DNA of 43,834 nt from Bdellovibrionota bacterium (GCA_044345405.1 JBIJBE010000030.1:1-43834); one strand, 5' to 3'; shown: positions 20,050-29,868, counted from the stretch's first letter. A program made the numbers and translations. Notes: generated from the sequence alone by a model not told the origin.

Positions 20050-20877
20050 TCAGGCCTGCGCGAACGCCTTGGTCAATCCCGCAAAATTCTCGACAGATAA
20101 GGTCTCAGCCCGCACATCAGGCGAAATGCCAGCGCTCACGAGCGCCTCAAGGATCCGCTCCTTCGACCATCGCCCCTGCGACATTAAACTGTTGAGAAGT
20201 TTCTTACGACGTTGCGAAAACGCGGCTCGTACCACCACTTGAAAGAATTCGTAGTCCGGAACGTCCGCTCGTGGAGCCTCACGAAAGGTGAGCTTCATGA
20301 CCCGCGACTGAACCTCTGTTGGAGGATGGAAGGCGTCACCAGGAACGATTATCCCGAGCTCGATATCGGCGAAGAGCTGCGCGGATACGGAGATACTTCC
20401 GTAGGCACGGGTGCACGTCGAGGCGCCGATCCGCTCGGCGAACTCCTTCTGCACCATCATCACCGCTTGATGCACATGCGCGCGACACTTGATCAGATGA
20501 AATACGATCTCTGATGAGAATACGTACGGGATGTTGCCGTAGACGTAGAGGTCGCTTCCGATCGTTGAGAGGTCCACCGTCCGTACATCGGCGTTAATAA
20601 TCTTGGCGTGAGGGAACTTCGTCGCGAGGTGCGCACAGAAGCTCGGCTCGATCTCAATCAGAGTGAGGTTCTTAAACTTCGCGAGATATTCTGTTAGCGC
20701 GCCCGTTCCTGGGCCGATCTCAACCACCTGCGCGTCCTGAGGAACGTTACCAAAATCAGCGATCGCCTGCGGTATCTCAGGACGAATGAGGAAGTTCTGC
20801 CCCCTCTCCTTCGTTGGTCGAACGTTTAAATCTCGTAGCGTATCTTTCGCGCGCTCTCTGCGGGGCCCCTTAGCCAT
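20050..20877 (-). CDS. rsmA: 16S rRNA adenine dimethyltransferase
   Basis: GQNFL, VEIGPGTGALT, GNIPY, MVQKEFAERI, AFSQRRKKL. ATG 20877 overlaps the tsaD stop. Confidence 0.95.
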   Translation of the reverse strand: MAKGPRRERAKDTLRDLNVRPTKERGQNFLIRPEIPQAIADFGNVPQDAQVVEIGPGTGALTEYLAKFKNLTLIEIEPSFCAHLATKFPHAKIINADVRTVDLSTIGSDLYVYGNIPYVFSSEIVFHLIKCRAHVHQAVMMVQKEFAERIGASTCTRAYGSISVSAQLFADIELGIIVPGDAFHPPTEVQSRVMKLTFREAPRADVPDYEFFQVVVRAAFSQRRKKLLNSLMSQGRWSKERILEALVSAGISPDVRAETLSVENFAGLTKAFAQA

Positions 20878-21904
20878 GTGTAACTCCATAGTAATCGCGC
20901 AACGTCTCAACTGGCCAACGGCTAAAAATATCCATATGCGGAGGCTTGATACCGGCGGCGAGATATCGAGCGGCGACGTACGCGATCATCGCGCCGTTAT
21001 CGACACAGTGCTTCATCGGTGGAAAATATACGGTACGGCAGGTCTGCGTCAGGCGCCGTCGAAGCTCCGCGTTGGCGGAGACACCACCACATACGACGAG
21101 CGGTAATCGTCGAGCGTTGACCTCACGCGATACCTTCACCACGAGGGGATCCACGATACCATCCTGGATAGCCCAACACATATCGGCGAAGAACTTTTCG
21201 TCCCCTTTCAACTCTTCACGATTCTTCTTCACCATGAGCGCGACCGAGGTCTTAAGCCCTGAGAAGCTGAAATCGTCCATCTCACGAGCGACACGAGGCA
21301 CCTTGAATCGTGGGGACGGAGCTCCCTTATCGGCCCATCCGGCGAGACGAGCGCCGCCTGGATAATGAAGCTCAAGGAGGTTCGCTGATTTATCGAAGGC
21401 CTCACCAGCGGCGTCATCTCGTGTACGGCAGAGGCAGGTGTAGCGACCAAGCCCCTCCACGAGAATAATCTCGGTATGCCCACCGGAGACAACCAAGGTA
21501 AGGTACGGTGGCTTCAGACCCAACTCGTGAAGCTCACCGGAAAGGATATGACCCTCGATATGGTTCACCGGAAAGACCGGGATATTTCCCGAGACTCCGA
21601 GTCCCTGCGCGAAGGTAACCCCCATGAGGAGACACCCTTTGAGCCCCGGTCCACAGGTCACACCGATACCGTCGATATCCTTGAGGGAGAGTCCAGTCGA
21701 GTGAAAGAGCTCCTCGCACAGCACGGGAAGGTTGCGCATATGCTCACGTGACGCCAACTCTGGGACAACGCCACCGTACTTTTCGTGAAGCTCAACCTGT
21801 GACGACAGCACCTCGCCCCGAATCGTCGCGACACCCGCGTCATCGATCTCAAGGATCGCTAAACCGGTCTCATCACAACTCGACTCGATACCAAGAACTT
21901 TCAT
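20870..21904 (-). CDS. tsaD: tRNA N6-threonylcarbamoyltransferase
   Basis: LGIESSCDET, GGVVPELASREH, NHIEGH, VSGGHT, DDAAGEAFDK, DNGAMIA. Confidence 0.96.
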   Translation of the reverse strand: MKVLGIESSCDETGLAILEIDDAGVATIRGEVLSSQVELHEKYGGVVPELASREHMRNLPVLCEELFHSTGLSLKDIDGIGVTCGPGLKGCLLMGVTFAQGLGVSGNIPVFPVNHIEGHILSGELHELGLKPPYLTLVVSGGHTEIILVEGLGRYTCLCRTRDDAAGEAFDKSANLLELHYPGGARLAGWADKGAPSPRFKVPRVAREMDDFSFSGLKTSVALMVKKNREELKGDEKFFADMCWAIQDGIVDPLVVKVSREVNARRLPLVVCGGVSANAELRRRLTQTCRTVYFPPMKHCVDNGAMIAYVAARYLAAGIKPPHMDIFSRWPVETLRDYYGVTHG

Positions 21905-21905
21905 G

Positions 21906-22790
21906 TTACGACTGCGGCTCATCAACTACCGAGATGGATCGGAGGTACGCGACAACCGCGTCGATCTCCTCAGGTGTCGCGCGTTGATAGAATTCGATAG
22001 GACAGAAACGTTTATCGACCTCACGACCTGAGGCTGTTAGGCCCGTTCGCAAGTAGCGAGCGAGATCCGCCTCGCTCCAGTTGCCGATGCCCGCGATCTT
22101 GGATTGTGAGATGTTCGGAGCAACCTTGGTCTCCCCATCGAACGTGATCTCAGCTCCGCCGGTAAGCGGCTCATCCGACCCAAACGTTCCACCCGGGGTC
22201 GCGTGACACCGATCGCACCCCGCGACGCTATTGGTCAGGTACTCTCCGTATTGAAGACGGAATCGCGGCGATATCTGCGGCACGTATCCCTTCACCTCCG
22301 CAGCCGAGGTGAAGAAGCCGATCGTGTTACGCTCGATCCACGAGATATCTCTTCGCTCAACGGTGTTATCCACCGCTGGCACGCTGCGAAGGTACATGAT
22401 AAGCGCCGTCAGATCAGCGTCCGACATCCACTCATTCCCCTTATGGAACCATGAATAAAGATAGGTTCCATCGGGGCGCTTGTTGGCGCGCATAACCGTT
22501 CGGATATCCGCCTCGCTCCAGGCTCCGATACCCGTTGGGTCTATCGTACTATTCGGACCAGCGACATCACCGAAGGTATCGCTCATTATCCGACCGCCAG
22601 AGAGCGCGGTGCCTGGCTTACCCTGAAGGGAGTGGCAAAACCCGCACGCCGCGAGCCCCTCAGCGAGCTGCGCGCCCCGCCCGACCGATGCCGTTGTCCC
22701 AGGAAGAGGTGGTGGCGGTACGTCATCGGACGAGCACGCGCCGAGCACGAAGGTCATGAGAACGAAAAGTGTGAGGGGCCACCGTTGCAT
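21906..22790 (-). CDS. Diheme c-type cytochrome lipoprotein
   Basis: LGAC lipobox, CGFCH and CDRCH heme motifs, duplicated PN(x)6-8GIGxWS domains. Confidence 0.88.
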   Translation of the reverse strand: MQRWPLTLFVLMTFVLGACSSDDVPPPPLPGTTASVGRGAQLAEGLAACGFCHSLQGKPGTALSGGRIMSDTFGDVAGPNSTIDPTGIGAWSEADIRTVMRANKRPDGTYLYSWFHKGNEWMSDADLTALIMYLRSVPAVDNTVERRDISWIERNTIGFFTSAAEVKGYVPQISPRFRLQYGEYLTNSVAGCDRCHATPGGTFGSDEPLTGGAEITFDGETKVAPNISQSKIAGIGNWSEADLARYLRTGLTASGREVDKRFCPIEFYQRATPEEIDAVVAYLRSISVVDEPQS

Positions 22791-22987
22791 GGGGTGCAGA
22801 CTACACCGCCGGGAAAGGATTGGGAAAGGCGGGGAACCGTGTTTTGGGGAGGTATCTGTCGGTTTTATGAGGTAGGCCCCCTCGGCCCTGCCGCCATAAA
22901 GAAATAACCGGCGGAAAATCCGCTGTAAGGCGACGAACCTACACCTTTGTCTCATAACCTTCAGAGGTACCGAGGGGGAAGTTTACC

Positions 22988-23224
22988 ATGCAGTCGATCG
23001 ATCAAAAAGGAACCGTCTCAGCGGACTCTCCACGCATAGAGCCCGGCGTCACCTTGCCGAACGAGCTCGTGAAAGAGCTGAGAATAGTAACAACCGCCGT
23101 GCACAAGGCGGGAGGCGAAATCGTTCAACTATCACCGACGCGGTACATGAGCCCTGAGCTTGCCGCTGCCCTTGATGATTTTAAAAAGCTCGCCACCGGA
23201 ACGTGCCTGAGGCCTGAGGCCTGA
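22988..23224 (+). CDS. Hypothetical protein (78 aa)
   Basis: GAGGGGG RBS; fills the gap ahead of a co-oriented gene. Confidence 0.55.
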   Translation: MQSIDQKGTVSADSPRIEPGVTLPNELVKELRIVTTAVHKAGGEIVQLSPTRYMSPELAAALDDFKKLATGTCLRPEA

Positions 23225-23282
23225 GGGACTCACGTTCCATTCGACGCAAACCCTTCCCTCTGAGGAAACCCTTCGCGAGTTG

Positions 23283-23825
23283 ATGGAAACTATCGCTCTC
23301 GATAAAGAGATCCTTTCCTCCTATATCGGCAATTTTTTTCGCGCTGCTCACGACGCTCAGCCGGTGTGGGGTGACGCGAAGAGGCTGTATCACTCATCGC
23401 GGATGATCGACTATGTGGTGATGCGACACGTTGGGTGGATCGACCCGATGGACCGCGAGTGGCTCCTCACCGAGAAGGTAGGTGACGCGAACTATGTTGG
23501 AACTGATTACGGATTCTCGCTCAGTCGGGACCTCAAGGCAGCGCTCGACTACGGCAGACCAGGATTTGAAGCCTCATTCACCGAACAGCTCTATCAAGCA
23601 TGCGGTCGGGAGCTGCCCGAGGCGCTAAAAGCGCTACGAGATACAACGATCGTCTTGGCCATTAACGCGTCGGGACTCAGAAGCGCCTTTCCAAGCGGTG
23701 CGGTCCTCTGGAGAGGAACGCAAGAGGAACACGAGGTATGTTGCCCTCTCCTTCCGGCGGACATTCCTGAGGTTGGGCTTGCTCCTATCGCGATTGTGCG
23801 GTGGAAACCAGAGCATTCGACCTAG
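23283..23825 (+). CDS. Hypothetical protein, candidate ADP-ribosyltransferase fold
   Basis: Ordered motifs LYHSS / GFSLSRDLKAALDYG / IVLAIN / QEEHEV. Confidence 0.55.
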   Translation: METIALDKEILSSYIGNFFRAAHDAQPVWGDAKRLYHSSRMIDYVVMRHVGWIDPMDREWLLTEKVGDANYVGTDYGFSLSRDLKAALDYGRPGFEASFTEQLYQACGRELPEALKALRDTTIVLAINASGLRSAFPSGAVLWRGTQEEHEVCCPLLPADIPEVGLAPIAIVRWKPEHST

Positions 23826-23856
23826 CAGCGCGAATCATCCAAGGCGAGAGGATCCG

Positions 23857-23899
23857 AAAAATAAAAAAAGCGCCCGAACGTCACCACACGTTCGAGCGC
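23857..23899 (-). terminator. Rho-independent terminator of the ECF sigma gene
   Basis: Minus strand GCGCTCGAACGTG-loop-ACGTTCGGGCGC followed by TTTTTTTATTTTT. Confidence 0.8.
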
Positions 23900-23923
23900 C
23901 TGTTCAGGAAGCGATGCGACTTC

Positions 23924-24571
23924 TTACTTACTGTTCACCGCTACATTATCGATATCCATATCGAGATCGTCCTGCTGATTTTGCGGACGTTGCTCAGTGA
24001 AGAATCGATTAAGTCGTCGTCGGAGCATGAGACGGGAACGGTGCAATCTCGATTTAACCGCGGGAACGGTGAGGTCGAGGATCTTGCTTACCTCTCTGCT
24101 CGTGAGTCCATCAACATCACGAAGGATAAATACGGGACGGTAATCGTCAGGAAGTTTCCGAATCGCGGTCTCAAGTGCCTCAAGCATCTCATTGCGGATT
24201 GAGAGCGAATCAACGTAGGTGTGCTCTGGGCTCTTGAGCGCTGGAACAACGTGCGCTTGCTGCACGAGCTCTTCAAGGGGAACGGTCTGATCCTGCTTAC
24301 GCTTACGCAGCTTCATGAAGGCGGCGTTGACGGTGACGCGGTACAACCAGCTTGAGAAGGAGGACTTCCCCTCAAAACCACCGATCTTTCGGTGAACGGT
24401 CACGAAGACATCTTGGAGAACCTCCTCAGCGTCCTCAGTATTGCGGGTAAGACGCGAAGCGAGGCTGAACACCTTATTGCTGTATCGAGAGATGAGCTCC
24501 TCGAAGCTTTGTTGGTTCCCCTTCTGAAACTCTACGATCAACTCCTGGTCACTCTTCTTCGTGGTCGACAT
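23924..24571 (-). CDS. ECF (RpoE-family) RNA polymerase sigma factor
   Basis: DAEEVLQDVF, SSFSSWLYRVTVN, LPDDYRPVFILRD, AVKSRLHRSR. GGAGG RBS before ATG 24571. Confidence 0.92.
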   Translation of the reverse strand: MSTTKKSDQELIVEFQKGNQQSFEELISRYSNKVFSLASRLTRNTEDAEEVLQDVFVTVHRKIGGFEGKSSFSSWLYRVTVNAAFMKLRKRKQDQTVPLEELVQQAHVVPALKSPEHTYVDSLSIRNEMLEALETAIRKLPDDYRPVFILRDVDGLTSREVSKILDLTVPAVKSRLHRSRLMLRRRLNRFFTEQRPQNQQDDLDMDIDNVAVNSK

Positions 24572-24864
24572 ACCAGCAATCCTCCAGACAACAGTCGAGC
24601 ACCTGCTCAACATCACGACTGGACTGCTCCATGCGAAAAGCTTGCCATGTTGAAATGGCCGTGATGCAGGGATCTTAAAAAAGGATGCACCACCTCAATT
24701 CAGGAGGTTAGGACCTCTACGAGAAACTACCTGCTTAAAAAAGCGACAATCGCGTCACCGTTCCGATAGGGGGAGTCAAAAAAAAGGGCAACTTTTTCCC
24801 CGGAGGGTGCGTCGTGGGGGTGGCGAAAGTGCCGGGGGCGCATCGACCCGGTATATGGGAGGAG

Positions 24865-25302
24865 CTACCCCTTCGCCCTTTTCACATACGAAACCCGCAA
24901 GGTATGGAGGACATCCTCAAGGAACTTCGCCTCCTCCTTCGAGAGATTGCCGCGTGTTTTCTGCTGAATCATCGCCAAAATATCGATCGTCCCCTTACCT
25001 GACTCTACGTCAACGGGGATATCCATCCCTGGGGGCGGCGCCATCTGACCGAGCTGCACCATCGCCTGCGTGGCGAGCGACATCACGAAGGATGAGAAAT
25101 TGACCTCAGACTCAGGGGGCGCCTCCTCCATCCGGAAGTTACCAGCTACCTCTTGAGCCGCTCCCCCTTGAGACGGTGAAGCCCCGACAGGTGTGACGGT
25201 CTCATGCTCACCCTCAGCACGCTCATGACCTGCGGCGTCGAACCGTCGCTTATCAACGACCTGAAAAGACTTTTTGTTCTCACTGTTTTCGTTATCAGCC
25301 AT
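24865..25302 (-). CDS. DUF1844 domain protein
   Basis: FQVVDKRR, FSSFVMSLATQA, IDILAMIQQKTRGNL. GAGG RBS before ATG 25302. Confidence 0.85.
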   Translation of the reverse strand: MADNENSENKKSFQVVDKRRFDAAGHERAEGEHETVTPVGASPSQGGAAQEVAGNFRMEEAPPESEVNFSSFVMSLATQAMVQLGQMAPPPGMDIPVDVESGKGTIDILAMIQQKTRGNLSKEEAKFLEDVLHTLRVSYVKRAKG

Positions 25303-25498
25303 AGCAGCCTCATGCGCCTCGTGTTTGTTATCTCCTCTATACTTCGATCGTCTTTGCCCGATTTTCAAGAGACAACTCGCGGTTTGACCGAGTGGGAGCC
25401 CCGTATTCCTCACAAACCGAATAAGAACAACTTCCGGGGAGACATCTACCCTCACCCATACTACACTCGGAGGGCGTTTTTACTGCTAGGCTAGTCCT

Positions 25499-26275
25499 AT
25501 GAAATTTACCTTACTCGGCTCAGGCACCTCAACGGGAGTTCCCCTCCCAGGGTGCACGTGTAAGGTGTGCACCTCAAACCATCCGCGAAACCATAGAGAC
25601 CGGACCTCGGCGTGTTTTACGCTCGACGACGGTAGGGTCATCCTCATAGACGCGGGCCCCGATCTCCGCTACCAGGCGCTCAAGCACCACGTTGGACGGG
25701 TCGACTCGGTGCTCTTTACCCACGCGCACGCGGACCACATCCTTGGCATCGACGATCTTCGTTCCTTCAACTTCGCGTCACGTAACCGAATCTCCTGCTA
25801 CGGAAGCGCGGAGACGATGGACTCAATTACCTCAAGCTTCTCGTACATCTTCAATCCCCGCCCCGGCTATGAAGGTGGCATGGTCGCGCAGCTCGACCCG
25901 CACATCATATCGAACGAGGAAACATGCCTCATTGAGGGGATCTCGTTTGAGCTCTTTCCACTCATTCATGGTTCAATGACTGTGACGGGCTTTCGAGTGG
26001 GAGCGATCGGCTACGCGACGGACTTCAACATGATCACCGAGCGGGCCGAGCAGATTCTGGCGGGAGTGAAGTACCTCTTCATTGATGGGCTCCGATACGA
26101 GCCACACAAGACGCACGTCACCATCCCGCAAGCGATCGAGATCGCGCAGCGCCTCAAAGCGGAAAAGACCTTCATCATCCACACGACACACACGATCGAC
26201 TACGATGAGGTCAACGCCTCACTCCCCGCTGGCATCGAGCTTGGGTACGACGGACTTACAATTCAATGTCCGTAA
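25499..26275 (+). CDS. MBL-fold metallo-hydrolase, PhnP-like
   Basis: LGSGTSTGVP.PGCTCKVC, IDAGPDLR, THAHADH. Confidence 0.92.
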   Translation: MKFTLLGSGTSTGVPLPGCTCKVCTSNHPRNHRDRTSACFTLDDGRVILIDAGPDLRYQALKHHVGRVDSVLFTHAHADHILGIDDLRSFNFASRNRISCYGSAETMDSITSSFSYIFNPRPGYEGGMVAQLDPHIISNEETCLIEGISFELFPLIHGSMTVTGFRVGAIGYATDFNMITERAEQILAGVKYLFIDGLRYEPHKTHVTIPQAIEIAQRLKAEKTFIIHTTHTIDYDEVNASLPAGIELGYDGLTIQCP

Positions 26276-27953
26276 GGGCGGGCTGGGGCGCGCTCTGAGG
26301 TAGTGCGAGGCGCCCGTCGATAACCTTGAGGAGATCACCGATACCGATTCGCTTCGCCGCTGAAACCGCGACACCTGAGAGCTCGTTCTTGAGCGCCTCA
26401 ACTGTTTCAGCGTCAGCCGCGTCTATCTTATTTAACACCACGAGCTCCGGAGCATCAGCGAGCTCCATCTGCGTTAAGATCTTTCGGACGGCGTTGTACT
26501 TTCCGATCGCGTCCTTGTCTGAGGCATCGACCACGTGCACTAAGAGCGATGCTTCGTAGAGCTCCTCAAGGGTAGCTTGGAAAGCGGTTTCAAGCTCCTT
26601 CGGCAACTTACGAATGAACCCTACGGTGTCGCTCAGGATCACCGTGCGCCCTATCCCGCCATCCTCAAGCGCGATAGCCGGAGGTAGGTAAAGCCTCCGT
26701 TGACTTGGGTCCAAGGTAGCGAAGAGCTTATTCTCGGCCGTTACCGTGCTTCCTGTCAGAAGATTAAAGAGGGTCGACTTTCCAACGTTGGTGTACCCAA
26801 CCACCGAGACGAGTTGAAGCTGGTTCTCTCGACGACGCGTTCGTCTAAAGTCTCGCGCGCTGCGAACCTTTTCAATGCGGCGCTCAAGCTCGGCGATCTT
26901 GTCACGAATGCGGCGACGTCCGACCTCAAGCTTCGTCTCTCCGGGACCCCGACCGCCGATACCTCCGCTTAAACGGGAGAGTCCACTATCTTGGTCTGCC
27001 AGACGAGGAAGGTTGTATTTTAACTGCGCAAGCTCAACCTGAAGACGTCCCTCGCTGCTCTGCGCTCGCTGCGCGAAGATGTCGAGGATCAGCATGCTGC
27101 GATCGAGCACCTTGAGTTCGGTTGAATTCGTTATCGAGCGCCACTGCGACGGCTTGAGCTCCGTATCGAAGATAAGCATATCAGCGCCGAGACGAATGCA
27201 ACGAATAACGAGCTCCTCAAGTTTGCCACTTCCGATATAGGTCTTCGGATCGGGGCGTCGCTTCTGAATGACAGCGTCCACAATCTTCACCCCAGCGGTG
27301 CGAGCTAACTCTCGAAGCTCAAGTTGCGAAACCTCGGGATCGTCATCAGCTTTGTCATACACACCAACGATCACCGCGCCGACCTTATCGTCAGCATCGA
27401 GCTGCACGACCTCAGCGGCGAGGCTTTGCTCCACCGACGAGATAAATTCCCGATAGTCGAGCTCGAACGCTCCGAGGTCACTCACGACCTCGGTGTGCGT
27501 GGTCGCGTTCTCGCTCTCGTTCGTTGGAATGAGGTAGGCATACGCCATCGATACCCGATTACGCGCGCTCCGGAGACCAACAACGGCGTCGAAGCGGAGC
27601 CGCTCAAGGTCGGTGTAGATATCGTACGGAATCGTGGCTTCGTTCTTGTTGTTCGTAAGGTCGGTGAAGATAAGGCGGAGATTTCTTAAGCGCCCGCGAC
27701 CGAGACGGTATCGTCCAAGATCGGGAAGGAAGAGGATCTCCTTCGTACCGAGGATAACCTCCTCGATCCGCCCCTGTCGGTTGACCAGCACACCGATCCG
27801 TCGGCGAAGGTGCTCCGCGAGCATGACCATCTCGCGGGCAAGGTCGAGCGACACGATCTCGTCTGGAGAGACGGAACGTTGGAACAACTTCGAGACAGCT
27901 CGAATCTCGGATTGGGCAAGGCCCTTGGTATTTCCCGCGACAACATTAGGCAT
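26256..27953 (-). CDS. hflX: GTPase HflX, long form with N-terminal extension
   Basis: LILDIFAQRA, GIGGRGPGETKLE, GYTNVGKST, LFATLD, DTVGFI, NKID. Confidence 0.95.
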   Translation of the reverse strand: MPNVVAGNTKGLAQSEIRAVSKLFQRSVSPDEIVSLDLAREMVMLAEHLRRRIGVLVNRQGRIEEVILGTKEILFLPDLGRYRLGRGRLRNLRLIFTDLTNNKNEATIPYDIYTDLERLRFDAVVGLRSARNRVSMAYAYLIPTNESENATTHTEVVSDLGAFELDYREFISSVEQSLAAEVVQLDADDKVGAVIVGVYDKADDDPEVSQLELRELARTAGVKIVDAVIQKRRPDPKTYIGSGKLEELVIRCIRLGADMLIFDTELKPSQWRSITNSTELKVLDRSMLILDIFAQRAQSSEGRLQVELAQLKYNLPRLADQDSGLSRLSGGIGGRGPGETKLEVGRRRIRDKIAELERRIEKVRSARDFRRTRRRENQLQLVSVVGYTNVGKSTLFNLLTGSTVTAENKLFATLDPSQRRLYLPPAIALEDGGIGRTVILSDTVGFIRKLPKELETAFQATLEELYEASLLVHVVDASDKDAIGKYNAVRKILTQMELADAPELVVLNKIDAADAETVEALKNELSGVAVSAAKRIGIGDLLKVIDGRLALPQSAPQPALTDIEL

Positions 27954-28042
27954 AAAACGGGGGTAGCTTACACGGTTTGGGGCTGGGTTTCACTATGGTG
28001 GGGGGGGGGAAATAGGGGGATGGCCGGAAGGTCAGAAATTAC

Positions 28043-28128
28043 GGCGACCGTTCTCGGTCGCCGCGTTGCGAAGAGCGAAAAAACTGGCGATATAGGGCAT
28101 TTCGGCGACCAGGAATGGTCGCCCTCCC
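28043..28128. repeat. REP-like doublet, same family as 1-227
   Basis: GGCGACCG-TTCT-CGGTCGCC-GCGTT...CATTTC-GGCGACCA-GGAA-TGGTCGCC-CTCCC. Confidence 0.8.
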
Positions 28129-28150
28129 GGGAATATCGCTGAAATTGCGC

Positions 28151-29299
28151 CTACTTTCGCCGAAGCACCACAAGCTCAGCCGCGACATCGCCAGCGAGCT
28201 TCGAGCCACCCTTCATGAGACCGGCGCTCTTGGCGTATCGCTCAACGATAGTCCCCTCAACCGCCCAGTACTGGGAGAGGTCGAGAAGAACTGAGCCGAT
28301 AGCCTCACGGTAGTTGACCGGCTTGACACCGAGGCGTCCGCGACCGACCCGAACGACAGCTCGGCCGCCCTTACGAACGGTACGCGCGGTCTCGAGCAAG
28401 GTCTCGTTTATGTAGCCGTTCCACGCATCGAGAGATGATGGCTGCTGCTCAGGTTGATAGTGGTCGACTCCAAGAAACCAACTTCGGAGCCACGAACGCA
28501 ACCCCTGCTCCGTCATGCCGGGCTGATTCGGACATACAAGCGCAAGGTTCACAGATCCGGTCCGCACCGGCGCCATGTCGTTCTCAGCGGCGTGGAACAC
28601 GGAGCGTTCAACATCACGAGTTTGTAAATTACGAGGGACACCATCACGCACGAGGGTGGCGGCTCTCTTGATGACACGAGCGCTCACAGCTCGGTACGAA
28701 GGCACCTCACCTCTCTTTCGATTGAGGGATGCCTGCTCATTCGGAGCTGTCGCCACGTGCGGCGACGAGTATCCGGAGAGATGTCCAACAGTGTGTCCGT
28801 GAAGAACGGACGCGATGATAAACTCGATGAAGGCATCAACGTGGCTTGAACCATTACGAAGCGCCGAGCGGAGGTTCACCAACTCGCAGAACGTATCAAC
28901 GTCGAAGTAGAGCGGGAACGGATCCTTGAATTCACGAACGTCAACGGGACGCTTGAGATTGAGGAACTGAAGACGAAGCACAACCTCGGCGATATCAGCT
29001 GGCGAGAGTCTCGCTCGAGCGAGTTTTACGAGAGCCTGATCCTTGGCGCATCCTACGAAGTGCCGACCGAGCAGCGCGGCCTCAACTCCAGTGGCACCCG
29101 TGCCACAGGAAACGTCGAGCACGGTATCCCCCTTCTCGGAGAACCGGTCGATGACGTATCGAGCCACCGGCGATTGCCAGAGGTGCGTGTACGAGAATGC
29201 TTGTTGAAGGGAATGTCCGTCACGCGAGTAACCAGCAGGGTCGACATCGACCTGCTCATTGAATTGGGGCGCCTGAACGAGTTTTAAAACTGCTGCCAT
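28151..29299 (-). CDS. DNA methyltransferase-like protein with degenerate catalytic motifs
   Basis: GDTVLDVSCGTGATGVEAALLGR motif-I region; the motif-IV position reads VNLALVCPNQP. Likely start ATG 29299 (ORF open from 29371). Confidence 0.7.
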   Translation of the reverse strand: MAAVLKLVQAPQFNEQVDVDPAGYSRDGHSLQQAFSYTHLWQSPVARYVIDRFSEKGDTVLDVSCGTGATGVEAALLGRHFVGCAKDQALVKLARARLSPADIAEVVLRLQFLNLKRPVDVREFKDPFPLYFDVDTFCELVNLRSALRNGSSHVDAFIEFIIASVLHGHTVGHLSGYSSPHVATAPNEQASLNRKRGEVPSYRAVSARVIKRAATLVRDGVPRNLQTRDVERSVFHAAENDMAPVRTGSVNLALVCPNQPGMTEQGLRSWLRSWFLGVDHYQPEQQPSSLDAWNGYINETLLETARTVRKGGRAVVRVGRGRLGVKPVNYREAIGSVLLDLSQYWAVEGTIVERYAKSAGLMKGGSKLAGDVAAELVVLRRK

Positions 29300-29653
29300 T
29301 GTTATTCCAACCGCTACAACATCCACACGGTGAAAGGGGTCCCCGGGTTCGCGTTCAAGATAATTGAACACGCTTTTCCCTGGTTAGGCTATATAAACCT
29401 ACACTACTTTCTGAAGCCTAAGCCCTATCACCCCCTCCCTAAGGGGTCCGAAACGATGCTTCCGAACCCTGGAGGGTAAAGGTGAGTATGGGGAAGCGGT
29501 CTAGTTGGCACCATTGAAATTGTGACAAACGAAGTTCCTAGTACAAGAAATTTAAACTCGCTAACTAGCACTTAACGCTACAGAAAATACCCTATTTTTA
29601 TTTTCTCACTCGACCCAATTTTTTTGTGGAACGGTGTAATCTAGTCCCCCCTC

Positions 29654-29822
29654 GCACGTGAACGTGCTCGTAAACGTGAACGTGAACGTACCCGCAAGCT
29701 ACCCCAGGGATGGCTTGGAATGGATGAAAGAGGGGCAGTCTTTAGTAGCCCCCCTACCCCATCATCAAAGGCTAAGTACCTAAATCGGGTACGTTTACGT
29801 TCACGTTCACGTTCACGTCTCG
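29654..29822. repeat. Inverted pair of GTRAAC hexamer arrays (copy 2)
   Basis: Left arm GTGCTCGTAAAC(GTGAAC)2GTACCCG at 29654-29694. Right arm CGGGTACGTTTAC(GTTCAC)3 at 29786-29822. Confidence 0.85.
29729..29757 (-). repeat. GTAG-type REP-like hairpin
   Basis: Minus strand GTAG-GGGGGC-TACTAAAGACT-GCCCCT. Its first 14 nt match 43798-43811. Confidence 0.5.
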
Positions 29823-29868
29823 AAAACCTCTCTTTGTTTCCTCGCCACCCTCCACCTATACTATCGGG

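Noticed and set aside
28151-29299. Restriction-modification system
   Set aside because: No nuclease or specificity subunit is adjacent, and the MTase motifs are degenerate.
29506-29521. Sigma54 promoter at TTGGCAC (also at about 43083)
   Set aside because: No TTGC at the required -12 spacing.
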